20,000 nucleotides of DNA from an uncultured virus (IMG/VR IMGVR_UViG_3300020050_005616) (lineage: Duplodnaviria > Heunggongvirae > Uroviricota > Caudoviricetes), in IMG/VR virus record IMGVR_UViG_3300020050_005616; one strand, written 5' to 3'. The notes beneath the pieces are model-generated. The model was not told the DNA's origin, did no database searches, and worked only from the letters and a program-made list of their open reading frames with translations. The position numbers and the translations under genes are program-made. Each line of letters opens with the position of its first letter. Positions within the stretch are counted from its first letter, which is position 1. Below, piece after piece: positions 1 to 7,430 of the stretch.

Positions 1-214
1 CACATTCCCAATATACAGCATTAGCTCCAGGAACCTCACTGTGACAATTTAACATATAAACTGTAATTGGTATATTACTCACCTTATTAATACTCTCTAC
101 AGCTATACATACAGTATTATAATAAGATGCATTTGCATATAATACGTACATTTTTTCCTCTTTTATACGTACATCCGTATAATCTTTATTTTTGGATATA
201 GAACTATGTGACAT
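1..214 (-). CDS. N-terminal part of a probable GT-A-fold glycosyltransferase (runs off the window edge; not in ORF track)
   Basis: Manual translation from ATG at 214 is open to position 1: MSHSSISKNKDYTDVRIKEEKMYVLYANASYYNTVCIAVESINKVSNIPITVYMLNCHSEVPGANAVYWEC. The YVLYAN..YY......ESI...SNIPITVY strand-helix-strand resembles the start of GT8-like GT-A enzymes. TATCTTTG box upstream. Confidence 0.5.
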   Translation of the reverse strand, partial: MSHSSISKNKDYTDVRIKEEKMYVLYANASYYNTVCIAVESINKVSNIPITVYMLNCHSEVPGANAVYWEC

Positions 215-233
215 GCTTTTTATTTTTAGTAAA

Positions 234-241
234 CAAAGATA
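234..241 (-). promoter_or_regulatory. Bacteroidota-type -7 promoter box for the leftward gene
   Basis: CAAAGATA on + reads TATCTTTG on -, matching TAnnTTTG, about 20 nt upstream of ATG 214. No clear -33 box. Confidence 0.5.
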
Positions 242-293
242 TAAAAATATATTTATCTTATGCTATATTATGATGGAAATCTATTTTAACTAC

Positions 294-324
294 TTCGTTA
301 TTCCAAATATAAATTTTATATTTG
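294..324 (+). promoter_or_regulatory. Bacteroidota-type promoter for the lysis cassette
   Basis: TTCG (294-297)-N19-TATATTTG (317-324), upstream of ORF 413. Confidence 0.6.
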
Positions 325-412
325 CTATATATAAATTGGTATAATCATTGCATGATTACGAATAAACTCCTTAACTCGTATATATGTCATAATAACACCC
401 ACACTCTCCCTT

Positions 413-733
413 ATGGAAAACACATTTGAACAACAAGTAGAAAAAGAACTTAAAAGCATGGATCAACGCCTATATGATCTAGAGGAGAAAATGACTTCTA
501 TAGATACCAAACTAACACAAGTTGTAGACGCTATATTAGGAAATGCATTAACAAAAACAGGGGGATTTGTTGCTGATATATCTGAACTTAAAACAAAGAT
601 AAAAGAATTAGAAGATAAGATACAGAAACAAGAAGAATTCAAAAAGAAATTCACTTGGACTGTAGGGCTTATACTAGGTATTGGTGTGTTATTACAATAT
701 CTATCTACACTTTATAGAAATATAAAAGCATGA
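413..733 (+). CDS. Coiled-coil protein with C-terminal TM helix (holin/antiholin or XhlA-like lysis-associated membrane protein)
   Basis: Heptad-rich N-terminus, hydrophobic FTWTVGLILGIGVLLQYL; first gene of a coupled cassette containing the endolysin. Confidence 0.55.
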   Translation: MENTFEQQVEKELKSMDQRLYDLEEKMTSIDTKLTQVVDAILGNALTKTGGFVADISELKTKIKELEDKIQKQEEFKKKFTWTVGLILGIGVLLQYLSTLYRNIKA

Positions 734-933
734 GTACAAAAGAGAAGATAGATTTTTATTTAAACAAATGGGTGAGCAGAAAGCTTACAGTATTTGTTGT
801 AGCTTCTGTTGGTCTTTTTAGTGGGGTAATCACATCTACTGATTGGGTGATTGTTGCCACATCTTATATTACTATTGAAGGAGTTACAAATATTGTAGAA
901 CGTTTATTTAAAGCAAAAGCTGGATCATTATGA
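730..933 (+). CDS. Putative holin
   Basis: 67 aa, two hydrophobic segments after SRKL, basic C-terminus, ATGA overlaps on both sides, directly before the endolysin. Confidence 0.65.
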   Translation: MSTKEKIDFYLNKWVSRKLTVFVVASVGLFSGVITSTDWVIVATSYITIEGVTNIVERLFKAKAGSL

Positions 934-1325
934 TATTAGAACTTAAGAGAAAGATATTCACAGATGACTCTACAATAGGAGAAATATCTATTGATGGTGC
1001 ATTTGTATGTTATACACTAGAGGATAAAGTGAGAGATGCTAAAATATATGGTATAACTGCTATTCCTTATGGTAAATATGAAGTGATAGTTAGTTTTTCA
1101 AATAGATTTAAACAATACATGCCTCTTTTACTTAAGGTGCCTGGATTTGAAGGTGTGAGAATACACCCAGGTAACAAATCTGCTGATACAGAAGGATGTA
1201 TCCTTGTAGGAAGTTCCAAATCTTTGAACTTTATAGGTAGTTCTAGAGTGACATACAAGAGCTTGTTTGCTAAGATAAAACTAGCAGCAAAGAAAGAAAA
1301 AATCTTTATAAACATTACCAAGTAA
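930..1325 (+). CDS. DUF5675-family putative endolysin (L,D-transpeptidase-like)
   Basis: STIG...CYTLED...TAIPYGKY...VPGFEGVRIHPGN...DTEGCILVG, the His/Cys signature of DUF5675; lysis-cassette context. Confidence 0.85.
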   Translation: MILELKRKIFTDDSTIGEISIDGAFVCYTLEDKVRDAKIYGITAIPYGKYEVIVSFSNRFKQYMPLLLKVPGFEGVRIHPGNKSADTEGCILVGSSKSLNFIGSSRVTYKSLFAKIKLAAKKEKIFINITK

Positions 1326-1642
1326 TGATAGTAAATTATTTAAAAGATCAGTACTTAGCGGTGATCATCACCGTTATCTGGATATTCTTTACACTACATA
1401 ATCAGAATAAGAATGATATTCTTATAGAACAAACTAAGAAACTAGAACGTGAGATACTTGTTCTTGAACAGAAAGATCATGAGTCTAGTAGAATTATAGA
1501 TAGCTTATCTAGAGTGGACACACTCATAGTTAATAGAATTAAAATCATCAAACAAAAAGAATATGTACAAATTAGGATTATTGATAGCTTGCCTGTTAGT
1601 GGGCTTCAAAGGTACTTCACAGATCGTTACTCAGAAAAATGA
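1325..1642 (+). CDS. Putative inner-membrane spanin (Rz-like)
   Basis: N-terminal TM (YLAVIITVIWIFFTL) followed by coiled coil; follows the endolysin; 3' end overlapped by the next gene. Confidence 0.55.
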   Translation: MIVNYLKDQYLAVIITVIWIFFTLHNQNKNDILIEQTKKLEREILVLEQKDHESSRIIDSLSRVDTLIVNRIKIIKQKEYVQIRIIDSLPVSGLQRYFTDRYSEK

Positions 1643-2039
1643 TTCTGTCGTTACCCTTAGTGAAGCTATATCTAGGAAGGTTGTTTCTGATCTTGTACGT
1701 TATGATTTTGCTAAGAATGTTCTCAAAGAGCAAGAGATAAGAATCAAGAATTATCAAACTAAAGAGATTCAATTTAAGAATCAATTAGATATAAAGGATT
1801 CCATTATATTCCATCAGAAGAGTATCATTGATATTCACAAAGAGATAATCAAGAGTAAAAAATCTTTAGAGATACATGGATATATAGGTGTACAATCAAT
1901 TCAATTCAGATTAGTAGAACCTATGTTGTATACAAATATAATGTTTGAGTTTCCTAAGTTTAGTGTAGGAGCTCAATACTACGTACAACCTAACAATCCT
2001 AGTGGATATGGGATTATTCTAGAATATAACTTATTTTAA
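1563..2039 (+). CDS. Putative outer-membrane spanin-like secreted protein
   Basis: Signal peptide with possible lipobox LIAC, coiled coil, then amphipathic beta-strands ending YNLF; overlaps the Rz-like gene by 80 nt. Confidence 0.5.
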   Translation: MYKLGLLIACLLVGFKGTSQIVTQKNDSVVTLSEAISRKVVSDLVRYDFAKNVLKEQEIRIKNYQTKEIQFKNQLDIKDSIIFHQKSIIDIHKEIIKSKKSLEIHGYIGVQSIQFRLVEPMLYTNIMFEFPKFSVGAQYYVQPNNPSGYGIILEYNLF

Positions 2040-2040
2040 C

Positions 2041-2175
2041 ATGGCAAAACAAACCAACACATCAGAAAAAGCAGTAAAAATTAAAGTGAGCAGACCAGGT
2101 GTGCACGCTAAAGCTCAGACATCTAAACTTAAATCTTCTAAGAATTATAAGAAGATCTATAATGGACAGGGATAA
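2041..2175 (+). CDS. Small basic hypothetical protein (44 aa, not in ORF track)
   Basis: MAKQTNTSEKAVKIKVSRPGVHAKAQTSKLKSSKNYKKIYNGQG; starts 1 nt after the previous stop; TAATG coupling to the next ORF. Confidence 0.7.
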   Translation: MAKQTNTSEKAVKIKVSRPGVHAKAQTSKLKSSKNYKKIYNGQG

Positions 2176-2324
2176 TGGATTGGGAATTAACATTCGCTCT
2201 CTATTGGCCTCACGATAGATTTGCTATAGGATGGGATGTCCTACATGCTGATGAAAAATATAATTACAACACATATATATTGTATCTAGGGATACTTACA
2301 ATAACATTAGATATAAATAATTAA
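2175..2324 (+). CDS. Small hypothetical protein (49 aa, not in ORF track)
   Basis: MDWELTFALYWPHDRFAIGWDVLHADEKYNYNTYILYLGILTITLDINN; TAATG-coupled start. Confidence 0.65.
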   Translation: MDWELTFALYWPHDRFAIGWDVLHADEKYNYNTYILYLGILTITLDINN

Positions 2325-2398
2325 TCTAGTTAGACTCGTTCTAACTATTTTTGTTATTTTATTTTGGTGAAAAATAAAGACTTATAGTAAAAAATACT

Positions 2399-2406
2399 TA
2401 TTTTTG
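2399..2406 (+). promoter_or_regulatory. Bacteroidota-type -7 box for the fibre/glycosylation operon
   Basis: TATTTTTG ending 23 nt before ATG 2430; a second copy at 2346-2353. AT-rich context lowers specificity. Confidence 0.45.
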
Positions 2407-2429
2407 TATAATGAATAAAATTTAAAGAA

Positions 2430-3074
2430 ATGGCTATACCATCAAGACAGATAGGTTGGAGTGCAGAAGATAATCTGTTGTGGCAAATCTCTAAGCAATT
2501 AGAACAACTTACTAACGTTACAAGTAACAGTAATGGAACTTCTGGTACAAGTGGTACAAGTGGAACCAGTGGAACAACTGGTACAAGTGGAACATCTGGT
2601 ACAAGTGGTTCTTCAGCATATAAATATAATTTTGGAGGAAGTTTAACTTTAACTGGTACGTTAACAACTACTAACTTACTAACAATAACAATACCAGCAA
2701 ATTCATTAACTGATTATTTGGATATTAGAAGTATAATGGTGCAACAATCTGGTACAGTTTTAGGGGGTATGACAGTAAGGGTATGGCATAATAGTGTTAA
2801 TAATTTTAACACAGCAACTAGAATAGCAAACTATGCTTTCGGTGGTGGCGGGGCTGATCTATTTGCGCAAATGACAAGAAAGTTTTCATTGCAATCTGGA
2901 TTATTGTTTGGTTTTCCTGCACAGGGTTCAAATATTGCTGGGGAAGGTTCAACTGCTAATGCGGCTTTATCAATACCTTTTGATCCAACGGCAATTAATT
3001 ATTTATTTGTATCTATACAATTAAACAATGTAACAGATACTGCAACATTAAGAAATGTAAATATAATAAATTAA
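2430..3074 (+). CDS. Putative virion fibre/decoration protein: shared N-terminal module, (Gly-Thr-Ser)n tract, beta-rich C-terminal domain
   Basis: N-terminus MAIPSRQIGW..NLLWQISKQLE is shared with ORFs 3078 and 5129; 9 Gly-X-Y triplets; C-terminal domain resembles that of ORF 7431. Confidence 0.6.
   Translation: MAIPSRQIGWSAEDNLLWQISKQLEQLTNVTSNSNGTSGTSGTSGTSGTTGTSGTSGTSGSSAYKYNFGGSLTLTGTLTTTNLLTITIPANSLTDYLDIRSIMVQQSGTVLGGMTVRVWHNSVNNFNTATRIANYAFGGGGADLFAQMTRKFSLQSGLLFGFPAQGSNIAGEGSTANAALSIPFDPTAINYLFVSIQLNNVTDTATLRNVNIIN
2535..2615 (+). repeat. 9-bp period coding repeat, 9 Gly-(Thr/Ser)-(Ser/Thr) triplets
   Basis: GTS GTS GTS GTS GTT GTS GTS GTS GSS. Confidence 0.9.
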
Positions 3075-3077
3075 ACT

Positions 3078-5114
3078 ATGTCAATACCTAGTAAACAGAT
3101 AGGGTGGGGAACAGAATCCAATCTCTTATGGCAGATTGCTAAACAGATACAATATTTAACACAAGTAACAGCATCATCTGCTAGTGCACCAAGTCCATTT
3201 CAATATAATGCAAACGGAACTGGCATAGAGCCAATTTTAGGAACTAATGATGCAAGTGGTACAAACGCTACAATAGGTGGTGGATGTGGTAATACTGCTT
3301 CTGGTACTATTTCAACAGTTGGTGGTGGTCTTTGTAATTTTGTAACTGATAATCAATCAACAATAGGTGGTGGTTATTGTAATATAGCTTGTGGTAATTA
3401 TGCAACAGTTGGTGGTGGTAGGCAAAATACTGCATCTGGTTCATTTTCTATAATCGGTGGGGGTGGTCAAAATATTATCAATATTACTGGCGATGCACCA
3501 GCTTTAATTAGTGGTGGTAGAGGAAATAAAATTTGTGGTTATGGACAAAGTGCTTCAATAGTTGGTGGCGAAAATAACTGCATAGTTGGTAATGGAAATT
3601 ATCAATCATTTATAGGTGGTGGTAATTGCAATCAAATAAATGGAAGTTATAATGGTAATAGAAATGCTATTGTAGGTGGTGGTTATAATTCAATATTAAA
3701 TGGTAGTTATAGTATAATTGGCGGAGGTAGATGCAATAATGTTTCTAATACCTATATAACCATAGGTGGCGGTTCTTTTAACACTGCTTCTGGTGGATGT
3801 TCAACAATAGGCGGTGGTAAATGTAATACTGCTTCTGGTTGTTATTCAACAGTTAGTGGTGGTCAATGTAATACTGCTTCTTATCGTTATACAACAGTTA
3901 GTGGTGGTAAAGGTAACACTGCTTCTGGTGGTTATTCATTTGTTGGAGGTGGTAGATATAATATTGCTTATTCTGGTTTTGGTGGTGCAACAGTTAGTGG
4001 TGGTTTTGGTAATTGCAGTTGCTCTGATTACTCTACAATTGGTGGAGGTAGTTTTAACTTAATTAATGATGTTGGTGCTTGTAGTTCAACAATATCTGGT
4101 GGTAGAGATAATATTATTGGAGGAAGTGCTGGTTGTGCCGTTATTGGTGGTGGTTGTAGAAATAAAGTTTATAGTAATGGTTCAACAATTGGCGGTGGTT
4201 TATATAATACTGCTTTTAGTTATTATTCAACAATTGGAGGTGGTTATTGTAATAAAATTTATTCTGGAGGGAATAGTGCATCTATTGTTGGTGGGAAGTG
4301 GAATCGCATATCAAACTCAATGAGTTATCCTCTTGCAAATGGTTCATTCATCGGTGGTGGTTATTGTAATAAAGTAGAAGCCAAGTATTCATTAATTGTT
4401 GGTGGAGGTTATAATGCACCTAGTAATGGTAATGGAATATATACTGGTGCTGACTTTTCAACAATAGTTGGTGGTAATGGAAATAAAGTTTATAGTAATG
4501 GTAAATTTTCTTTCATCGGTGGTGGTGGTGGAAATAACTATTTATATGGTAATAAAGTAAGTGGTTGCTATTCATCAATTGTAGGTGGTAGAAATAACAA
4601 TGCTTCTGGTAATTTTGCAATAATTGGAGGTGGTTTTTATAATGCTGCTTCTTATAGTTATTCAACAGTAGGAGGTGGTAAAAGAAATACTGCTTCTTGT
4701 GTTTATTCAACAGTTAGTGGTGGTTTTGGTAATACTGCTTCTGGTATAGGTTCAACAGTTAGTGGTGGCGGAGCGTATTATTATAATGGTGGTTTTTATA
4801 ATGCTGGTAATATTGCTTCTGGAAATAACTCCACAATTGGCGGTGGTTTATATAATATTGCTGCTAATCCTTATTCAACAATAGGTGGTGGACGTCAAAA
4901 CACTGCTTCTGGGTCTGCTTCTGGAATTTTAGGGGGAAAATATAACAACACAAACACTTATGATTGTGCAATGATAATTGGTAGTAATATTACTGCAAAT
5001 AGAGTTTGTGCAACATTTGTAAACAACTTATCTATTGTAAATATTCCAACTGCAAGTGCTGGTTTACCGAGTGGTTCAGTTTGGAAAAATGGAAATGTAT
5101 TAAATATAGTTTAA
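3078..5114 (+). CDS. Putative fibre/adhesin with Gly-rich ~14-aa beta-solenoid repeats (YadA-head-like)
   Basis: Shared N-terminal module; dozens of NxAxGxxSTIGGGxC-type repeats; C-terminal PTASAGLPSGSVWKNGNVLNIV tip motif of the kind seen in phage fibres. Confidence 0.7.
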   Translation: MSIPSKQIGWGTESNLLWQIAKQIQYLTQVTASSASAPSPFQYNANGTGIEPILGTNDASGTNATIGGGCGNTASGTISTVGGGLCNFVTDNQSTIGGGYCNIACGNYATVGGGRQNTASGSFSIIGGGGQNIINITGDAPALISGGRGNKICGYGQSASIVGGENNCIVGNGNYQSFIGGGNCNQINGSYNGNRNAIVGGGYNSILNGSYSIIGGGRCNNVSNTYITIGGGSFNTASGGCSTIGGGKCNTASGCYSTVSGGQCNTASYRYTTVSGGKGNTASGGYSFVGGGRYNIAYSGFGGATVSGGFGNCSCSDYSTIGGGSFNLINDVGACSSTISGGRDNIIGGSAGCAVIGGGCRNKVYSNGSTIGGGLYNTAFSYYSTIGGGYCNKIYSGGNSASIVGGKWNRISNSMSYPLANGSFIGGGYCNKVEAKYSLIVGGGYNAPSNGNGIYTGADFSTIVGGNGNKVYSNGKFSFIGGGGGNNYLYGNKVSGCYSSIVGGRNNNASGNFAIIGGGFYNAASYSYSTVGGGKRNTASCVYSTVSGGFGNTASGIGSTVSGGGAYYYNGGFYNAGNIASGNNSTIGGGLYNIAANPYSTIGGGRQNTASGSASGILGGKYNNTNTYDCAMIIGSNITANRVCATFVNNLSIVNIPTASAGLPSGSVWKNGNVLNIV

Positions 5115-5128
5115 TAAAATAAAAAATC

Positions 5129-5275
5129 ATGGCAATACCTAGTAGACAAATTGGATGGAGTACACAAAGTAATCTCCTATGGCAAATATCTAAACAATTA
5201 GAATATCTGACATGTGTAACTGCTGGTGGATGTAATACAACTACGACTACCACCACAACAGTTCCTGTTCTTTAA
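5129..5275 (+). CDS. 48-aa mini-protein: shared N-terminal module plus poly-Thr tail (not in ORF track)
   Basis: MAIPSRQIGWSTQSNLLWQISKQLEYLTCVTAGGCNTTTTTTTTVPVL; clear paralog of the N-termini of ORFs 2430 and 3078; A-rich leader. Confidence 0.9.
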   Translation: MAIPSRQIGWSTQSNLLWQISKQLEYLTCVTAGGCNTTTTTTTTVPVL

Positions 5276-5303
5276 TAACACAAACAATAAAACCAACTAC
5301 ATT

Positions 5304-6320
5304 ATGAAAGATTTAAAATTTATCCAGGCTTGTCCTAGCGATATTTATTACACATGGCAAGTTAACCTTTGGTTAGAGAGCTTAAAAGAGATAGGACATA
5401 GCGATAAAGCTATATCAGTTATCTTCACTCCTAAAGGGAGAGAGAATAAAGACAAGTGGAAACAGATAGAAGAGTTATATCCAGAGGCTGAGTTTCATTA
5501 CTACGAAGATGAAGATAATTTAAATCGATTGTTAGGAGTTTATATTCCTGTACTAAGACCATATGTTCTTTGGAAACATTTCAAAGCACATCCAGAACTA
5601 AGTGAGAAAGCAATTTTCTATTGTGACTCTGACATTCTTTTTATGAAGGATTTCAATTTAGAACAATTCTTAGAAGATGATATTAACTATCTATCTGATA
5701 CAAACAGCTATATTAATGCTAAGTATTTTGATAGTAAAATAGGTCAAGTGTTACCAGAGAAGCTAGAAGAATACAAGAATAGAGATATTCTTGGAGAGAT
5801 TGCAAGTGTTGTAGGAATAAACAGAGAAATATGTGAAGCTAATAATGATCATTCAGGAGGAGCTCAATATCTATTAAAGAATGTAGATGGTGATTTCTGG
5901 AGTAAGGTGATGAATGATTGTATTCTTATAAGAAGCTATTTACAAACAGTGAATAGAGAATTCTTTAAAGATGAAAATGCTGGATACCAAAGCTGGTGTG
6001 CAGATATGTGGGCTGTCTTATGGAACATATGGTTGAGAGACCAAGAAACTAAAGTGGTTCCAGAATTAAATTTTGCTTGGGCAACTGATCCAATATCTAA
6101 ACTTGATACACATACAATCTTTCATAATGCAGGAATAGTTTCTGAAACAGGAAATGGTTACCCAGCCTTTTATAAAGGTAAATATCACATGGGAACTGAT
6201 CCAACAAAAGACACTAGTCTAGATGTTGTTATTAATGATGAGAATTCAAAAAAATATTGCACATGGTTCTATGCAACTAAATTAAATGAACTAAAACAAA
6301 AATATAACCTAAACTATTAA
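5304..6320 (+). CDS. GT-A glycosyltransferase resembling peptide O-glycosyltransferases (HPAT/GT95, SERGT/GT96-like)
   Basis: DXD motif in IFYCDSDILF; YYTWQV, YIPVLRPYVLW and SWCADMWA segments parallel recalled HPAT/SERGT motifs; C-terminal IFHN. Start moved from 5226 to ATG 5304. Confidence 0.7.
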   Translation: MKDLKFIQACPSDIYYTWQVNLWLESLKEIGHSDKAISVIFTPKGRENKDKWKQIEELYPEAEFHYYEDEDNLNRLLGVYIPVLRPYVLWKHFKAHPELSEKAIFYCDSDILFMKDFNLEQFLEDDINYLSDTNSYINAKYFDSKIGQVLPEKLEEYKNRDILGEIASVVGINREICEANNDHSGGAQYLLKNVDGDFWSKVMNDCILIRSYLQTVNREFFKDENAGYQSWCADMWAVLWNIWLRDQETKVVPELNFAWATDPISKLDTHTIFHNAGIVSETGNGYPAFYKGKYHMGTDPTKDTSLDVVINDENSKKYCTWFYATKLNELKQKYNLNY

Positions 6321-6336
6321 CCCTTAATTTAAACAA

Positions 6337-6522
6337 ATGGGAAGCATTAATTCAAGACCTTTAAAGGCTTTCGTTAGATTCGATGGATCTGGCAGAATAG
6401 TTGCAGGAAGCTTAATCCTTAGAAAAAATAAGCCAAAAGTGGGCAAGTGGAAAGAAATCTCAGCATACGAATGCTGTAATTACATTCCTACCACTACATC
6501 TACAACAACATCACCAACATAA
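6337..6522 (+). CDS. Small protein with CC motif and poly-Thr tail (paralog 1)
   Basis: LKAFVRFDGSGR...PKVGKWKEI..ECCNYIPTTTSTTTSPT. Confidence 0.85.
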   Translation: MGSINSRPLKAFVRFDGSGRIVAGSLILRKNKPKVGKWKEISAYECCNYIPTTTSTTTSPT

Positions 6523-6524
6523 TC

Positions 6525-6710
6525 ATGGCTAGAAATAATAATAATAAGCTTAAAGCTTTTGTACGTTTTGATGGTTCAGGACGTGTAGTATCAAGTAGTT
6601 TAATTGTACAAGCATTTAAACCGAAGGTTGGTAATTGGAAAGAGATAGATGCTAAGGAGTGTTGTAATTATGTTCCAACAACAACCACAACAACCACTGG
6701 TCCAACATAA
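6525..6710 (+). CDS. Small protein with CC motif and poly-Thr tail (paralog 2)
   Basis: LKAFVRFDGSGR...PKVGNWKEI..ECCNYVPTTTTTTTGPT; same length (61 aa) as paralog 1. Confidence 0.85.
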   Translation: MARNNNNKLKAFVRFDGSGRVVSSSLIVQAFKPKVGNWKEIDAKECCNYVPTTTTTTTGPT

Positions 6711-6727
6711 TTTAAAAACTAAATAAC

Positions 6728-7144
6728 ATGGCACTAAAATCACTATTTCCAGATGATATGATTAGTAAAGGATCTAGTAGCGAGCTTTCATTAGAGAGTA
6801 TCGCTGCTAAGCTTACTTACTTTCATGAGCAACTACATTTGTTGCACTGGCAGACAAGTTCATATGCAGAACATCAGGCTCTTGGGAGCTTATATGATTA
6901 TGTACATGATTTCAAAGATGGTCTGATTGAGAAGATTATGGGATATACAGGTAAAAGACCTACAGCTTATAAGATAGAACCTCTTGGAGCAGCTAATGCT
7001 ACATCTGTTGTTTCTGAGTTAATGAGCTTTGCTTCATCTCTAAAAGGATATGGTGAGAAGAATAGCTTCCACGATGTATGTAATCTTGCAGACTCTCTAT
7101 CAGGAGAAGCAGCTAAAACTAAATATCTTTTAACATTGTCATAA
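6728..7144 (+). CDS. Ferritin/Dps-like four-helix protein (DUF5856-like)
   Basis: HLLHWQTSSYAEHQALGSLYD...DGLIEKIMG and terminal KYLLTL resemble the Dps-type HW..H..L..LY....D..E pattern. Confidence 0.75.
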   Translation: MALKSLFPDDMISKGSSSELSLESIAAKLTYFHEQLHLLHWQTSSYAEHQALGSLYDYVHDFKDGLIEKIMGYTGKRPTAYKIEPLGAANATSVVSELMSFASSLKGYGEKNSFHDVCNLADSLSGEAAKTKYLLTLS

Positions 7145-7428
7145 TGGAGATAAACAGAAAACATTTTCCAAGAGTGATGCAAGATAATGATGAAACATTC
7201 CTTGCACATCTGGAAGGTGTTATTTCTTCTGTTGATGAACTATGTAGCTTAGAGATAACAAAGAGTTTAGAATCATATAGATTCAGAATAGCATGTAGTC
7301 TTCCTAAGTATAACAATATGGTGATAGAAGAAATATTAAAGTTCTGTAATCTATTCCATATAAGACTTGACATGAGCAAGAGTATTAAAACATCAAGTGT
7401 AATATCATTTGAAATAAATCTAAATTAA
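7144..7428 (+). CDS. Hypothetical protein
   Basis: 94 aa, TAATG-coupled to the previous gene. Confidence 0.7.
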   Translation: MEINRKHFPRVMQDNDETFLAHLEGVISSVDELCSLEITKSLESYRFRIACSLPKYNNMVIEEILKFCNLFHIRLDMSKSIKTSSVISFEINLN

Positions 7429-7430
7429 TT

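Noticed and set aside
3814..4710. Val/Leu-rich alternative-frame ORFs (3814, 4066) and His-rich antisense ORF (4513)
   Set aside because: Shadows of GGT-rich repeats within the fibre gene.
2430..5275. Diversity-generating retroelement or invertible tail-fibre switch behind the repeated N-termini
   Set aside because: No reverse transcriptase or invertase in the window, the copies are direct and diverge largely at synonymous sites, and differences are not adenine-specific.
5226..5303. 26-aa N-terminal extension of the GT in the ORF track
   Set aside because: It overlaps the 48-aa paralog ORF (5129-5275); ATG 5304 has a typical A-rich leader.
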